Positions 41,732-55,866 are shown, counted from the first letter of the whole stretch. The stretch: DNA of 61,274 nucleotides, filler included, from Streblomastix strix (GCA_008636045.1; 4 parts of 4 records of this genome joined end to end with filler, not necessarily neighbours in it), one strand, 5' to 3'. Numbers and translations: made by a program. The notes: generated by a model from the letters alone, not told the origin.

Positions 41732-41845
41732 TGAAAAAATTTATGCAAAATTTTTAAAAAAATAGATCATTTAGATTGAATACTGTGAATTAAATCTACT
41801 GTGATTTAACAGATATATGAATTAATCGATATTGACTGTATTCAA

Positions 41846-42472
41846 ATGGACTTACAGCACGCATTAAAGAATTTGACTGAAAACGGAACATATATTGAAT
41901 ACTTTGATAATGGATATGTAATCCAAATTAATAAAGATATTAAAGTATTCGAAGAAGGAAAGAAGACTCTTAAAAAATTAAGATAAACATAAAAGAATAA
42001 ATTACTGTTATAAGCACGTGGAGGAGGAATTGAACAAAAGAAAAAAGTTTAAAAATATCCTTAAAAATAAATTGATGAAGGTGAAGATTTTATATCTTAT
42101 GAATAATAGGAAGATTAAAATGAAAGCGATAAAACATCAATAAGCGAAGTAAGGGAAAAACCATTAAAAAAAAAAGTTCGAAAAATAGTAGTAAAAACAT
42201 CAAAAACTCCATAAATTAATTATACTAATCCTCAACTTGATTTGGAAGAACTAATTAGGTTGAGAACTGAAAATTCACTTATTAATCAATATCATTAAGA
42301 TGCTGTTAAACAAATAGAGAAATATAAATAAAAAGTTAAACGATATATGCAACCCAAATAGACTATTGAAAAAGAATAAGTAATTGAATAAATTTAAGAT
42401 CCACATGAATGCTAAGAAGAACCTGCATAGTATGAAGAATATGATAAAGATATTAATTTTGATTTATATTGA
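41846..42472 (+). CDS. Element ORF A, intact 208-aa Lys/Glu-rich protein of unknown function
   Basis: ATG to TGA open in code 6 (MDLQHALKNLTENGTYIEYFDNGY...DLEELIRLRTENS...FDLY); homologues in contigs 2 and 4. Confidence 0.75.
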
Positions 42473-42500
42473 TCAATTATTTTTTGTTCCAATTTTAAAA

Positions 42501-42692
42501 ATGGATTAGTCACGGTATGATTATCTTAAACAGTAAGAAACATAACTATTAAACGAATATAAACAAAAGTCTAAAGAAATAGTAGATTTTGAAATAGAAC
42601 TAAAGAAAAAATAAGTACGACATCTATATGTTTTGCTTAGCCATATACGAGATTTAATACGTATAGCTGAGGCTTATCTTAATAAAAAATGA
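42501..42692 (+). CDS. 63-aa small helical protein, unknown
   Basis: ATG to TGA open in code 6, 28 nt after ORF A (MDQSRYDYLKQQETQLLNEYK...). Confidence 0.5.
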
Positions 42693-42983
42693 TTTTGATT
42701 ATTTTTATCAGGCAAAACGCAGTTTAATAAAAAATTAACATTTCTCGTTAACCCCCTTAAATTTATTTTCTATTTATTAAATAGTAACTCATGAAAATCC
42801 TAAGAATTAATAATACTATTATTTGTTCACATTTACTGTAACCAATTGTTCATATCGTAAACGATTTTGAATAATTCGCTTTGCTTAGCAGAGCTCAAAC
42901 AAGAATGGTTTCTGCCTTGGCTGCATTTTCACTGCGTACCAAGTAATAATATGGATTAATTATAAGGATTAATGTTCATATAT

Positions 42984-44075
42984 TCATGTTTCACACAAAT
43001 GTGATGAATTAATGAATATATGAACGTTTATTCGATAATTATATGGAAAATTGGCCGCTGTATGTTAAAAATCATTGATATTCAAATCGATATACTATAC
43101 ATATTCAATTCGCGAGGGCAGATTGATCTGAAAATGAATGCTTTTTAACCTACGGCAAACTTCTTCTTTGTATACCACTCTTATGGATCTGAATATATTG
43201 GATTATACGCTTCTATCTTTTCAGGGAATGTTTCTGAATATGTAAATCTGATTTAATTCATTGGAAGATAGACCGACTCTTCAAACTGAAGCTGTTCATC
43301 TACTATTCCAAATCTCAGGAATCAAATCTAATTGTATTCATCTGTTCTCCAGCCATAACACACATATTCATTTTCTGATGATACTGAATCAAATTTAGCA
43401 AGAAGCAGCTTCAACTCGTCTTCATTAACATCTTCATACCCAGAATAAGTTAGTAATGCTTTCCCATATGTCCCTTATTCTAACGGATCTCCATTAACAC
43501 AATTAGTTCTGCATTATCCGTGATCATCAACAAGACCTGTTTCTTCTCCTTATTCAATTTCACCACCAACTGTACCATAGCAATTCACATCGTTGATACC
43601 AACAATAAAAGCTGGTTTATCCTATGGGTATATCTGTAATGGGTCTTCAGAATGAGTTTCAGTCTCTTCTCTATATTCATAAGGACCACATTCTGCGTAG
43701 TAATAATCAGATGGAACAACAATTCAGCCTATAATATGCTACAAGCACGGCTGCGTGGAATTCAAATGTACCTGAGATGCAGTATTTATATCGATGATAA
43801 GTATCTTTGGGAAATTTAACGTAATCTTTGATTGCTAACGTCTCACTTGTCACTGAAACTCCTTGTTTGGTGAAAACGTTGAGTTTGTCAGCATCAGGAC
43901 CGCCAAACGGATATGGAGCTGCATTCCAATCCACTGTGACAACATTATCAGCTTTTGTTCTATCCCATGTCAATATTTATGTAGTGTTGTCGAACGCGTA
44001 TCTAGGGAAACTGATCGTAGTATCAAAAGCATCAGCATTCAAGGATGCAATGAGCGCAAAAAGGATGACAATCAT
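42984..44075 (-). pseudogene. Secreted/surface protein with signal peptide, possibly a degenerate papain-like fold; frameshift near 43720 and an internal TGA
   Basis: MIVILFALIASLNA signal-like start; VDW, NCVNGD and YVCYGW segments loosely recall C1A peptidases but no catalytic QxxCGSCW motif is seen. Confidence 0.5.
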
Positions 44076-44605
44076 ATTGAAATATCTGAAAAAATAGAAT
44101 AAGTAAAATAAAGGCATATAAGTCAGTAATAAGTATGACATATAAGGATACGTAAAAAATAAAGGAAATATTATTAAAATAATTAGAAATTCTTTTGATA
44201 ATAATTCATAATGAGTGAGAAAAGTTGGATTTATCAAAAAAATATTTCCTAGCCGATAGTTACTATCAAATTGGTTTACTCTAAGTTATATTCATTGTTG
44301 AAACAACAGCAAGCCAAAATATTTATAAACTGTAGAGATATTGTTAACAAAAAAATTTTTGTGTATCCAGGAATATCTCTATTCCCCTTTAAGTCAAACT
44401 TGTGTTAGGGCATTGCTAACTATCTTCTACTAATTTTTTGCTTTATATAATTACGCTGAAACAATCTTTACTAAATATAAAAGTATCTGATGTAAATATT
44501 TCCCAGATTTTTTGAAAGCGATTTTCTGGCCTGGCGATAATTTTTATTCAAATTCATTCTTTTTATTTTATTTTCTTAATTATTGATTATAGTCTGTATT
44601 GTTAA

Positions 44606-45781
44606 ATGACTGACTCACTTATTTCTGCATCGTAGGAACCTCAAAACTCTTTCAAAGCTGTAATTGTCTATTTTTCCTCCACAACCAACACTCGATATAT
44701 AGCTGAGCATATAGCAAATGTACTATCATAATAAAAACTTAAGAAAGGAGAAAGTATTGAAGTGCAAACATTTGATGGACTAGAACTTTTCTAGGCTGCA
44801 GACTTAGGAGCTCCTGGCATAATTCCAAAAGTTGACGTATCCAAAATCGAAAAATTTGGCAATTTTCTTAATTTTCTTAAAACAGCTAAACTATTTGGCA
44901 TTGGATGCTATACATATGCATTACAGCCTCCCCCTTTAATTTTGAGGTTCTTACACGATTCAATTATCGGTGACTAATATTTCCAATCTGTTAAGCACTT
45001 CTTTACTTTCTCCACGCACGGCTCTCTATCAAGTCTAGCATGCAGTATTTTAGCACAGCATCTATCTCGAAGGTTGCACGAAGCTATTTACCTTGGAAAG
45101 ATTGACATTCACACACCTGAGAATTATCCACCGCTCATACCAATTAGGAGTTAAAAAGACTTATGGGAAAAGAGTGAAATTGTGAAATTGAGTGCATTTG
45201 AAGGTAAATTAATTAGTAATATCTAAGATCCTACTTACAAAGGAGAAAAATTCATGAAAGTTAGCTTCGATCTTTCCAAAATGCAGAAAAGTGTTCACAA
45301 CAGCTTAGGATAGCTAACTGTTGATCCTGATAAATGCATTGGTTGTGGAACATGTTATAGAAAATGCCCATATAACGCCATACACTTCTAAAAGGTGAAT
45401 GGAATAGTTCATATTGATGATAAAGAACAAGATTCTGATTTAGGATCAAAGCAGAAAGAATCTACAACCAAAATTCCAGTATTTGACTCAATCAGATGTT
45501 AGCACTGTTGTAGATGCTATAATAACTGCCCTGTTCATGCAATAGAGTTTTTGAAGTGTAATACACCACTGCGCGGTTAGTACAAAGGGCCTTAATATAA
45601 ACCAAAGACAGATAATGATGATGAAGCTTCTGAGACAAAAGATTAGGAAAAAGAGATGCTTTTCGGGAAACTTCCTTTTCTTCCTGTTCTTTTCTGGCGA
45701 AATACTATAGGGTAGAACTTATTGATCTACTACATCATAGCTGTGGTTGTACTTGCACTAATCGTTTTTTTACTTATTTGA
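44606..45781 (+). CDS. EFR1-like flavodoxin + 2[4Fe-4S] ferredoxin protein with C-terminal transmembrane helix (391 aa)
   Basis: Open in code 6; VIVYFSSTTNTRYIAEHIA flavodoxin start; PENY; CIGCGTCYRKCP and CQHCCRCYNNCP; ends LLIYYIIAVVVLALIVFLLI-TGA. Confidence 0.88.
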
Positions 45782-45936
45782 CAAACATTGTTGATATGAA
45801 TGTTAAAATACTTAATTTAATCAACTCAAAAATATTTTGCGAAATTGTTCAAATTAGTCATAATAATCAAATTTTTGTAAAGGTTGAATCAAACTGGATC
45901 TTTTGATAATATATTATTTTCATCAACTAATATCCT

Positions 45937-46036
45937 NNNNNNNNNNNNNNNNNNNNNNNNNNNNNNNNNNNNNNNNNNNNTTAATTAATTAANNNNNNNN
46001 NNNNNNNNNNNNNNNNNNNNNNNNNNNNNNNNNNNN
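45937..46036. other. Artificial contig linker
   Basis: N-run + TTAATTAATTAA + N-run. Confidence 0.98.
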
Positions 46037-46940
46037 TGGAAAGATAACCTGAGTAGTAACAAACTACAGTATTGGTTAAGGACAATAAAATTCAAGGAAA
46101 TGGAAGAATAAGTGAAAAATACAAGATAATATTAGAAGAAGAATTGAAAGAGAACATTGTAACATCCATCAGAAAGGAACAGATCAAATGGTACAACCCG
46201 GCATTCATGATAAAGAAAGCAAAAGGGAAATGGAGAAAGATACTGGATGCGAAAGCGTTGAATAAATAGATTGCATACTTCCACTTCAAGATGCACGATT
46301 CGATTGAGGAGAAACAAACTATTAAACTTGGAGATTGGGGCACTTCACTGGACCGCTCCTCAGCATTTCACCATCTAATAGTTTAAATTGAATCATAACC
46401 GTACCTAGTATTCGAGTTTTAGAACAATAACAACACATATAGAGCAATGCTATTTGGAACCAAACACTCACCAATATACTTCGCAATAGCAATGGAACCG
46501 ATAATGCGGTAAGTAAGAATGAAAATCGAGATCAAAATAATAAATTACATAGATGACATCCTTCTCCTTCACTAGAACAAGGAATATCAGAAGAATATGA
46601 CTCATGAAGTAATAGATACATTGAAATATTTCTGGTTCACAATAAACATAGAAAAGAGCGAGACAGAACCGAAACAAACAGTAATTTTTCTAGGAAGGGA
46701 ATGGAATATAACCAATGTAACAGTTAAAACGAAACGGAAGAAGCGATTACTTTTCCTACACGATCTGTACAATATGAGAAGATGGATAAAGATTGGAACA
46801 GAGATAGCAGTAAAACAAACAGCAAAATTAATAAGAAAACTAAACCATCTAAGATAATAGTTTTAAGAAGCATCACTCTTCCTGAGCATAATGGACCAAC
46901 AGAAAGCATAAACAGCAAGAATGAGAGGACGAAATACAAT
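46037..46940 (+). mobile_element. Reverse transcriptase fragment of a DIRS-like (or Ty3/gypsy-related) retrotransposon, truncated at both ends
   Basis: FMIKKAKGKWRKILDAKALNK, YRAMLFGTKHSPIYF, IINYIDDILL, INIEKSETEPKQTVIFLG. Confidence 0.88.
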
Positions 46941-47425
46941 GGATGCAGCACTCAGTCATTATGTCATTTACTTTATTAATGACATGATTAAATATCGCTT
47001 AATTAACGTAAACTACGACGTGCAACTCATTCTAGAAATAATTCTAGATAAACGACCGAAAATTAGCCTGAAAAACTACTTCTAACGAAGTTTTCAGAGA
47101 TTGATTTGCTTCTTAGCAAGAAAATTTACGTCTGACAACAGAAACTACAAAATAATCTCGAAAATCACGTCTTAAACTTAAATATGATTTTCGCTAACTA
47201 CATAATAAGAAACATAAATTTCGAAAAATTAAAAAAAAAGAATAAAATAAGATGCGCGAGCAGATGAATCATGAAAATTATTTATCTTGGATGTATCATT
47301 ATGAATAAAATTTAGACGAGAATTCTCGTAAAATTCTTAGGTAAAATCAAGTTAAAATTCAAGATCTCATCGAAATGTATTGTCAATTTAATTTATAATT
47401 ATTCCCTTTTATCGATTTTGAGTTT

Positions 47426-50400
47426 ATGATATTATCTAAACCGCTAAATATAAACTTGTTTTCGCAAATAATTAATGAGTCTAGTGGCAGATTCAATGGA
47501 TTAAAATTTGATTTTCTTAATTTAACTGATGAAATTGTTTTATATGTTAACTTTTTTCATAATAAGAATCGTTCGTTAAAAAATATTCACAATTTCATTG
47601 AATATCCGTATATTCATGAAAAATGAAAGTTATTTAAATGATTTTTTTTGACTTTGGAGTTGGTATTGAACGAAAAGAAATACCTAAAAACATGAAATAA
47701 TTATTAAAAAACAGAGACTGTGCAAGCATGATGCCAAAAAATATATAACTTTTGCATAAAATCCAATATATTAACGGACTCGACAAAATTACTTCCAGAA
47801 ATAAATTTCCTGATAATAATTTCAGTCAAATATATTCACCAATTGTTCTCTTTGATAGAAATTCAATCGACGTTTTCAAAGAATATCTACGTTCATCAAT
47901 TATGTTTATGCAAGAATTCAGATAATAAACTGATACAAAGGAATTAATTGTAGCCATATTTTCGATGAAAATTACATATCACAGATTATCTTTTCCAAGT
48001 AAAAACATGGAAGAATTGATTAAAATTCATATGAAAAGGAATATTATCAAATATATTCGTTCGAATGATAATTATAACATCTGTTTCTGGTACTATTTAA
48101 CATGTGTGACTATGCTTGACTCAACAGGAATTAAAATTGATAGATATTAATGATTCATGGAAGGAAAACTTTTGCTATTTTCCTTTTACGGAATTTCAGA
48201 ACCATATTAACGTAAGTTTCTCTAAGAATATTCAGGATTTAATTGAAATGAAGCAAATTAGGATACTAAAAAATTTAATATAAATATCAATTGTTATGGG
48301 TACATCGGTGAAGGATTTAAATATGATATTTTAAAGAAATAAATATCAAAATCAAATTTCATATCCTGATCCTTAAGCTGAAAGTCGAAAACCTTATAAT
48401 ATACTCTTATTAAATGATGACATTAGTAGTCAATACTTAATGTATATCATAAACGACGACGTACTGTTTAGTTTTCTTATACGTTCTATCTGCAATAATC
48501 ATGCGATCTATGCTAAGGATGAAAATAAACATGCGTAATGCAAAATGAACACTCACATTAAAGAATGCATGATGAAATTTGGAAATCAAAATAAACGAGT
48601 TAAATAAGAAAAGTTTTAAAAACCATTTGTATCGCACATAGCATCGAATCAAACTTATAAATTTTTACTTTCTCAAAATCGATTATAAGAATATAACCCA
48701 ACATAATATATATTTATTTTTTATTTCGCACTATGATTCAATAAGAAAATGATTTAAAATATCCTGTTCTCAAACTTATTTCTGTTGCATCAGCAATTAA
48801 AACTAAATCAGGAATCAAAACATGTTATTTTGACTGAAGCTAATCGAATTTTGTAGATTTATGGCTTGATCACATTTTCACTGAAGCTAATTAAGATAAA
48901 TTTGAAAATAATTATCTTGATGAGATACATTAACGTTATAAAATTCCAATAAATTGATTAGATTAGTTGAAAACATTATTTATACTGATATTCAGAAATA
49001 TTCAATTACATATCTATGAAATTGCAGATTTAATTGGACAAAAATCATCTTTTAAATATTCTATTATAAAATCAACAGAAAAATATCTTTAAATCATGAA
49101 AAAATAAGCTTAAAACGTAAATTAAATTCGTCTCAAGATTCTTGATGCAAAGAACTATTTAGTTGACGAAATCTCATTTTAGAAGATCATAAATGATTTA
49201 GACACTCTTTAGAGCAACAATGAAGTTGGTACACTTTCTCACACCGCTATTCCTGATTGTTAAATAATGCTACCAGATAGCCTCACTGAATTTGACAAAG
49301 ATGCTTAATTTCATCAAGAACAAACAAAACCAATGATAAACTCCATCGATTTCTTAATAAATCTATATTTCAAAAACAAAATTAACTTAGCGGCGAACAC
49401 ATCACAGGCAAAACTTACTTGTCATGATTAATATTCTCATGTTTATAAAAATTTTTACATTGATGCATATTATTCTCCTTAAAACGACGATTTTTCATTT
49501 AATTTAACTGAAAAATAATAGAAATATAAAGTGGAATCTTATAAAGAATAAGACAAACTAAAAAAGCGACGTACGGATCACAATGTATCTGATTCTGATT
49601 ATTACTATTTTCATGATTTGTTCATTTCTTCATCCAGTGGTCTGTATAAGTCCAGATTTAATTACAAAAATCTGCCAGTTTTAGATAGAATAGATAACTC
49701 AAAAATCTCATACAAAAATAAATGTAAAACCATGTTTTCTTTACTGAAATAAATATGCATCAAACAAAGATATAGATTTTTGTTGGCTCATGATATAATT
49801 ACGTAAGTTTGCATAGCTAAATCATCTTACAATAACTATTTCTGACTAAGATGTTTGCAAAATCTTGCGGAACAATATGATTGGAGGAAATTCATACGTT
49901 ATGCGTAGAGAAAATATATATAAATTAATGCCAATTAACAAATTAAAGTATAATTTTTCAGATAAAACAGTTCATTTCATTGATTTTCCTTACATTATCT
50001 CGCATATAACATGTCTTGATTCAATAGCTTTTATCTCTCAGTAAAGAGTTTAAATTAACACATTCCGATTCCATACGCAAATCATAAAATATATATGCCA
50101 GGAGATGTAATTTCAATAGTTAAGGATGAATAATGTGCAAAATAAATCATCCATCATGAATATAGATTCTCATGCGATTAAGATATCTTTGAAAACACGG
50201 TACAATTATTCATTGCAATTGTTAAAGCTCATATTCCAGAAGAATTTATCAATGAATTTATAGATTTTCCTGTAATTTGGCGAAATCTGAAAATAACAAT
50301 GAATAAGCAGACTGTCGGGGAATATACTTACAAAAATATGGTAAAATATCACATAATATATGATAAAAAAGAATTAATATTACTTATGTTGTTATCCAGA

Positions 50401-51386
50401 TCCCTAAATTTATAACTTTTAATAATTATTTTTTATTTTTTCTTATAGATTGTTGTCGTCTTGCAATTGGTGAAACACAACAAGTCATTACATTCAATAA
50501 AAATATACCATTTCACGAATTCGTTAATAAAACTCATAAACTTAGGTATAATGCACTGTCTACAGGTAATAAAAATCAAAAATTATTTTATAAAATAAAA
50601 TTGAATGTTTCATTTAGTTATGATGTACTAAATACTGAGAAATTTCAAGATATCAGGATATGTAATAGATAAAAACTTGGGCAGTGCCAAGTGCTTAACA
50701 CATTTTTTTCTGAAAAATATTTATCTAACAATTTATCGGTTGTCGAGTTAGAAAAGAAGAAATATTCATGTTCAATGCCGTTACAAGCTGTTTATTTCGT
50801 GAAGGTCAATTCAAAATATTTTTATCTTAACATATTTTATAATTTTCTTGTCCGATGTTTTGATATGAATAAAATACATGTTTTTTACAGAGATACCGAC
50901 AATTTATTCTTAGGAATTGTTGATAAAAATTAGCTAATATTGAACTATATATTATGAAATAATTGTATCTGTAATTTTTTCCATCTACAAATGTTTCACT
51001 AACTCTTATTTTTGATTAAATTTAAGGAAAAAATGAAACTACTTCGTTGGACTATCGAACATCAAGTAAAAGTATGTTTTACTTTAGCTCCTAAGTGTTA
51101 TTAATTAGATATATATGACAAATGTGAAATTAAGAAGTTATAGGGGGTTGATCAATTATAAAATCGAAATATATCCATAAATTTCATTATTAAAGTTTTT
51201 TAAGTTGATTGTCACTTGAAAGTAACATAGAAATCTGTAACTCAAAAATAAACATTAATATCTGAAATAATATCAAATCATATTGGTATCAGCTGAATTA
51301 ATTTAAAAACAATAGTTCTAAGAAACCAATTGAGTACATCATTAATTTATGGTATTAATTCTAATTCTTTTTTCATCAACTCTTGA
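47426..51386 (+). pseudogene. polB: Protein-primed PolB, divergent and heavily frameshifted
   Basis: YNICFWY, LDRIDNS insert, IDFPVIWRNL, KIKLNVSFSYD (motif B), YRDTDNL (motif C), LAPKCY; collinear with 30797-35894. Confidence 0.85.
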
Positions 51387-51505
51387 TTATATAATTTGCA
51401 ATTTGAATTATTTTTGGATTTTGCTAAATGTAAGAGTTCAAAAGCTTCATCAACACAGGGAGAAATAAAATAACATTACGAATCGATTACATCGCTTATC
51501 GCAAT

Positions 51506-52690
51506 ATGAATTAAATGTTATATTAGGAATTCACTAAAAATTTGAATAAATTTATTTTAGGAAAATTAAATTAAAGAATCATTGATAAATTGTATAAATA
51601 ATACGTTTAACTACATGATTTATCTGGTGTACAAAGACTTAAACAAAATGTGTAAATATAAACTCTAACAGCAGCTTAGAAAATCTCGAAATAAACATTG
51701 ACATATCTATTTAAACCAAAAATAGGATAATTTAAGAAAACTCATGAAATATCTCCGGAGACTGCGAAGCTCATCGTCACACACGTGGATAAAACTAAAA
51801 GAAATTCCTAAAAATTATTAAATAAATCCATTATCTAAGTTGAATCGTCCTTATTATTCTCCGCACTTCGGATCTTGGGAAATTGATTTGGTATTTTCTA
51901 TGAATTAATATATAATTCGTGTAAATTAAATATATCCTCACTGCATAAATATTAACATAAAATATCTGATTGTTTTCCTATTAAGAGAAAAATCAGCAGG
52001 ATAAGTCAAGAATATGTTTTAAATATTAGTTAAGAATCATAATGTCACGAGTATTAGAGGCGATGCAGAGAAATAATTTAACTGAAATTAACTGAAAACA
52101 TTCTGAAAGTACAATAATATTTCCTCGATTTTTTCAAATTCCAAATTCATAGATCATAATAGAGTTGTCGATTCAGTTATCAGAACAATTCGAAATGGTT
52201 TTGGTTACGATTCAGATAAATCTGGTGAAAAAGATTAAATGTAATAAATGGTAAATATGTATAACCAGACTCCTCATCATGCATATTAAAATAAATTTAC
52301 ACCATAGTAAGCTAATGATAATCATGATATAGAATGAATTAGCATAAGATAATAATAAAATAAGCTCTTCGAAATCAAAAAATAACAATAAAACAAAGGC
52401 TTCTCTCATTCGTTCCGGGAAATTTTCTTATGATTCATCTTGATTAATCTAAAACAGGACATCAATTCGTTATTTATAGAAGAAATTTCAATAAATTTGC
52501 CGAATTCTTAAGATATTCCTATGGAAATGTGGTTGTAAAGTTATTAAAGCCTTGATCTAACATAAATATCATAGAATTACCTATGTAATATTGTAAATTT
52601 GTTACAAAAGATATTAGCAAATTGGATCAAAAACATAAAAAATATTCCAAAATGTTAGATCTGACAAAATGTAAAAATAAATTTTAATGA
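51506..52690 (+). pseudogene. Retroviral-type (rve) integrase of the element
   Basis: RPYYSPHFGSWEIDLVF, TSIRGDAE, HNRVVDSVIRTIRN, YNQTPH motifs; frameshifted. Confidence 0.75.
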
Positions 52691-53054
52691 ATTAGAAATC
52701 AATATATTAAAAATTATAGGAAATTTGCGCCTTATTGACGCTGAAAAAAGATAATCTTGTCAATTAAAATATAAATCTGAAGATGAAACTCTAAAAGCTG
52801 CTGAAATTAGCCGTAAACGTGTACGTACAAAGTAATTATTAAAAAAGAAAATATATCGATAAATTGCACCAAATTCTTAGCAATATTTAATAAATAGATT
52901 ACGAAGATTGATTGTAAATAGTGAAGTAGATTTAGCTTTTATTAATTAATTAATAGTTAAATTCGATGAAAAAAACAAGAAAATAATGGAATTTGCAAAT
53001 ATTATTAATTTAGAAGAAGCTGTACAATCAAAATAAACGATTAATGAAGAATGA
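52687..53054 (+). pseudogene. Small basic element ORF, unknown
   Basis: Reads YKSEDETLKAAEISRKRVRTKQLLKKK... after a frameshift, to TGA at 53052. Confidence 0.4.
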
Positions 53055-53059
53055 AAATA

Positions 53060-53643
53060 GGTTTTAGGCATGTATTTTTTACCGAATGAAGTTTGGCGAC
53101 GAGGAATGCAGTCAACAACTACGTTACTTGGCATAAATGCTCACCATAAATTTGTTTCATTAAATCGTATTTCAGGAATCTCGTCTTTTGATTCAGGAAC
53201 TTATCTATGGTTATTTTAAAATTATTTCATTGATACTTGCTTTAGAGTTTTGAATGGTTTTTCATCAATTAACTTTTGTTCTTCTTCGAGATTATCCATT
53301 ATTTATTCTTCTATTTCGTGACGACAAATTTTCGAAGTTTCTTACTGATATTTACGACCATAATATAAAATTTCATCAATCGCATCCTCTTATTCATATT
53401 CAATTTTTTTTATATTCTTTTTGGATTATTCACTTAGTTAATGCTCTAAAGAGTACTTTTACCACCACCACAAGCTTACAAAACATGATTAGTTTATTAT
53501 GCTTAATTTAATGTTTTTGCTGATTTCTTTCCTTCTTCATATACTTTTATCTTATCCTTTGCTTTCGTGATATATCCATCATCGAAATATTGAATTGAAG
53601 TTCCATTTTCTATGAGATATTTAAGTGCTGAAGTCTAATTCAT
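53060..53643 (-). pseudogene. Element ORF A homologue
   Basis: MNQTSALKYLIENGTSIQYFDDGYITKAKDKIKVYEEGKK matches the N-terminus of the 41846 ORF. Confidence 0.75.
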
Positions 53644-53680
53644 TTGATGATTCCTGTTCAATTTTATTTAACCACAAAAT

Positions 53681-54475
53681 ATGTCAATTGTACAAACAAA
53701 TTAGATTATATTACTTAAAAACGTACATGCGAGTATTGTTAAAAAAGAATTATCAAAAGAAGATAAAGTCAAATTAGAAGCCATTGATGATGCGATAACA
53801 AATGGTTTTAGGAAAGCAATTTAGGATCTATCGTTGCAAAATCCTTGGAAAAACTTTAGCCTATATCTTCTAATGAATTCACACAAAATGTTCAGCAACA
53901 AAGTTGCTTGATCAGTTCATCGATATGAACTCCTCAGTAATACAGGAAATTCATCAGCGCTGAACAGGAATAATTCTAAAGAAATATTTAAACGAATCAT
54001 CGATGAAGATAACCTTACAACAATCGTAAATATTAAAAAATTTCATGTTAAACTGCATAAGTAGAACCTAAATAAGTCATTAAGGAGATATATTTATCCC
54101 AGCACCACTTAGAAATTTGGAAATTTATCATTGACACGATTTGGAGATGTGTATATTCTTGTAATAAAGGCGAAGATTTCATATTTAACTCAGATAATTA
54201 TATCAAGCTATGGTTTTTGATAACATAAAAAGATGTGAATGACATAGAACTTGTTTTGAAAGAACCGCTGATGAGATATAACAGTTGTACAACTAAGTAA
54301 TACAAAAAAGAAAGAAATCGTAAAAATTATGGATATACTAATTAAAAAAAATATCTCAATTTCTAACATTGACAGCGTGTTATGAAATAGAATTGAGAAA
54401 TTATATCGGGTAAATAAGGATTTCGTTAGATTATCAGATAAATTGGAGAATGATATCGGATGTGATGATTTATGA
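53681..54475 (+). pseudogene. Element ORF B homologue
   Basis: ATG 37 nt from the ORF A start; DDAITNGF, YIKLW, EPLMR, IEKLYRVNKDFVRLSD motifs. Confidence 0.75.
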
Positions 54476-54546
54476 GGCTGCCCTAGCTCGCCGCAACGAA
54501 GTGGATATCAATATCCTAACGAAATTGTTTATTTTTGTTGAAAATC

Positions 54547-55610
54547 ACGGAAGAATCGCCAATAAGTGATCTTGAATCACCGTCAGAAGAAGAATTAAAT
54601 TCAATACAATAAGAATACGAGAAAATCAAAAAATAATGGTCCGAAATATAATCGTTACATAAATTATAATAATAAATTACGTAATAGATAGATTCAGAAA
54701 TTACTAAATATTTTACTTATTTTAGCCAATTCATCAAGAAATATCGGTAAAAAGATGTTGATTTATCAAATTTGGAAATTCTCGACACAGAATAAACAAT
54801 AACTGCAAATATGTTATTTAAATAACTTACAGCATAAAAATTTATTGTTTAATAAAGAACAAATTAGGAAATATTGCTTACAAATGGAAATTTAATGAAT
54901 CATTTTAATTTTTGTCCTAATTTTGATGCAGAATATGCTAACAGAATAAGAATCGCTAGAAATAATGTAAAAAACTGGAGTTTATCATAAATCAAATATA
55001 TATCTAAGTTGTTGCAATAAAGCTGATTCAAGAACTATCGGTGGATAATTGTAAATAGCTGCTTAAATTCTTTATATATTAAATATTTCTAATTGTAAAT
55101 GGTTATAACAAGGAAAATTGGATTAAATATGAATTTAGATACAATTATATTTAATGTTTGATCCATATATCCTTCTCCATATTTAACGAATTATTTTAGT
55201 TCAATAATTTTGAAAACAAATTGTAAATTTCGATCTGAATTTCTTAATTAATTTATGTATTAATATAGTAATATGGAATTCATTAATATGGTTGAAACAA
55301 TATGAGAAACATCTTTTACTTAGAAAATTATTATAATTAATTTGCATATGAATATAAGACCGTAATTGTAAGAATAATTCGTTCCATAATAGAAGATATC
55401 TCTTTCATTGGTTCATATACAACCAATATTTTCCTAAGAATTAATGGTTCAGATATAAATTATGATTGGTAAGTGTGGAATAATTCATATATTTCATGGG
55501 CTACTGGAAATTCGATAATTATTAATGCTTCATATTGCATAAATTCAGCCTGAGTGACTTCTATTGTTGATAGACTTCGTGTAGATCTTTAAATTAAGTA
55601 ATTTTAAATA
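54547..55610 (+). pseudogene. Fibre-like protein 2 homologue, degraded
   Basis: Starts EESPISDLESPSEEE (cf. 30497 MEEEAQQITDLEDPSEEE); EYANRIRIARNN...IGGQ resembles the fibre beta-domain; same position after ORF B. Confidence 0.45.
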
Positions 55611-55866
55611 TAATATGTGTGTCCACATCTTAGCAAGTTCTTAATCTTATTTTTCGATGGAATCTTTAATAAAATCTTCAGTTTATTCATTTATGTTCTT
55701 AAACTAGTGAAAGTAAGTAAGTTTTTCCAATTATTTCTCGGTATTATCTGCATTTTGCAATTTATTTTTCTTTCATTAACGATAAACAAATTAGAATATA
55801 TAGATGATTATGTTGAGTAGGACTAATATCACATCAAAACAACTCCAAAATTATTTAGTTAATGAG

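Larger units (their letters stand above)
30698..42700. mobile_element. Polinton/Maverick-like endogenous virus, partial (copy in contig 3)
   Basis: Compact, apparently intronless cluster of pPolB, two fibre-like genes, amphipathic peptide, HNH, ORF B and ORF A; host-type genes resume after ~42900; termini not identified. Confidence 0.85.

Noticed and set aside
36098..46940. Diversity-generating retroelement (RT plus fibre with repeated C-terminal domains)
   Set aside because: The RT is retrotransposon-type and on a different contig; the repeated fibre domains diverge at all bases with no adenine-specific TR/VR pattern that I could see.
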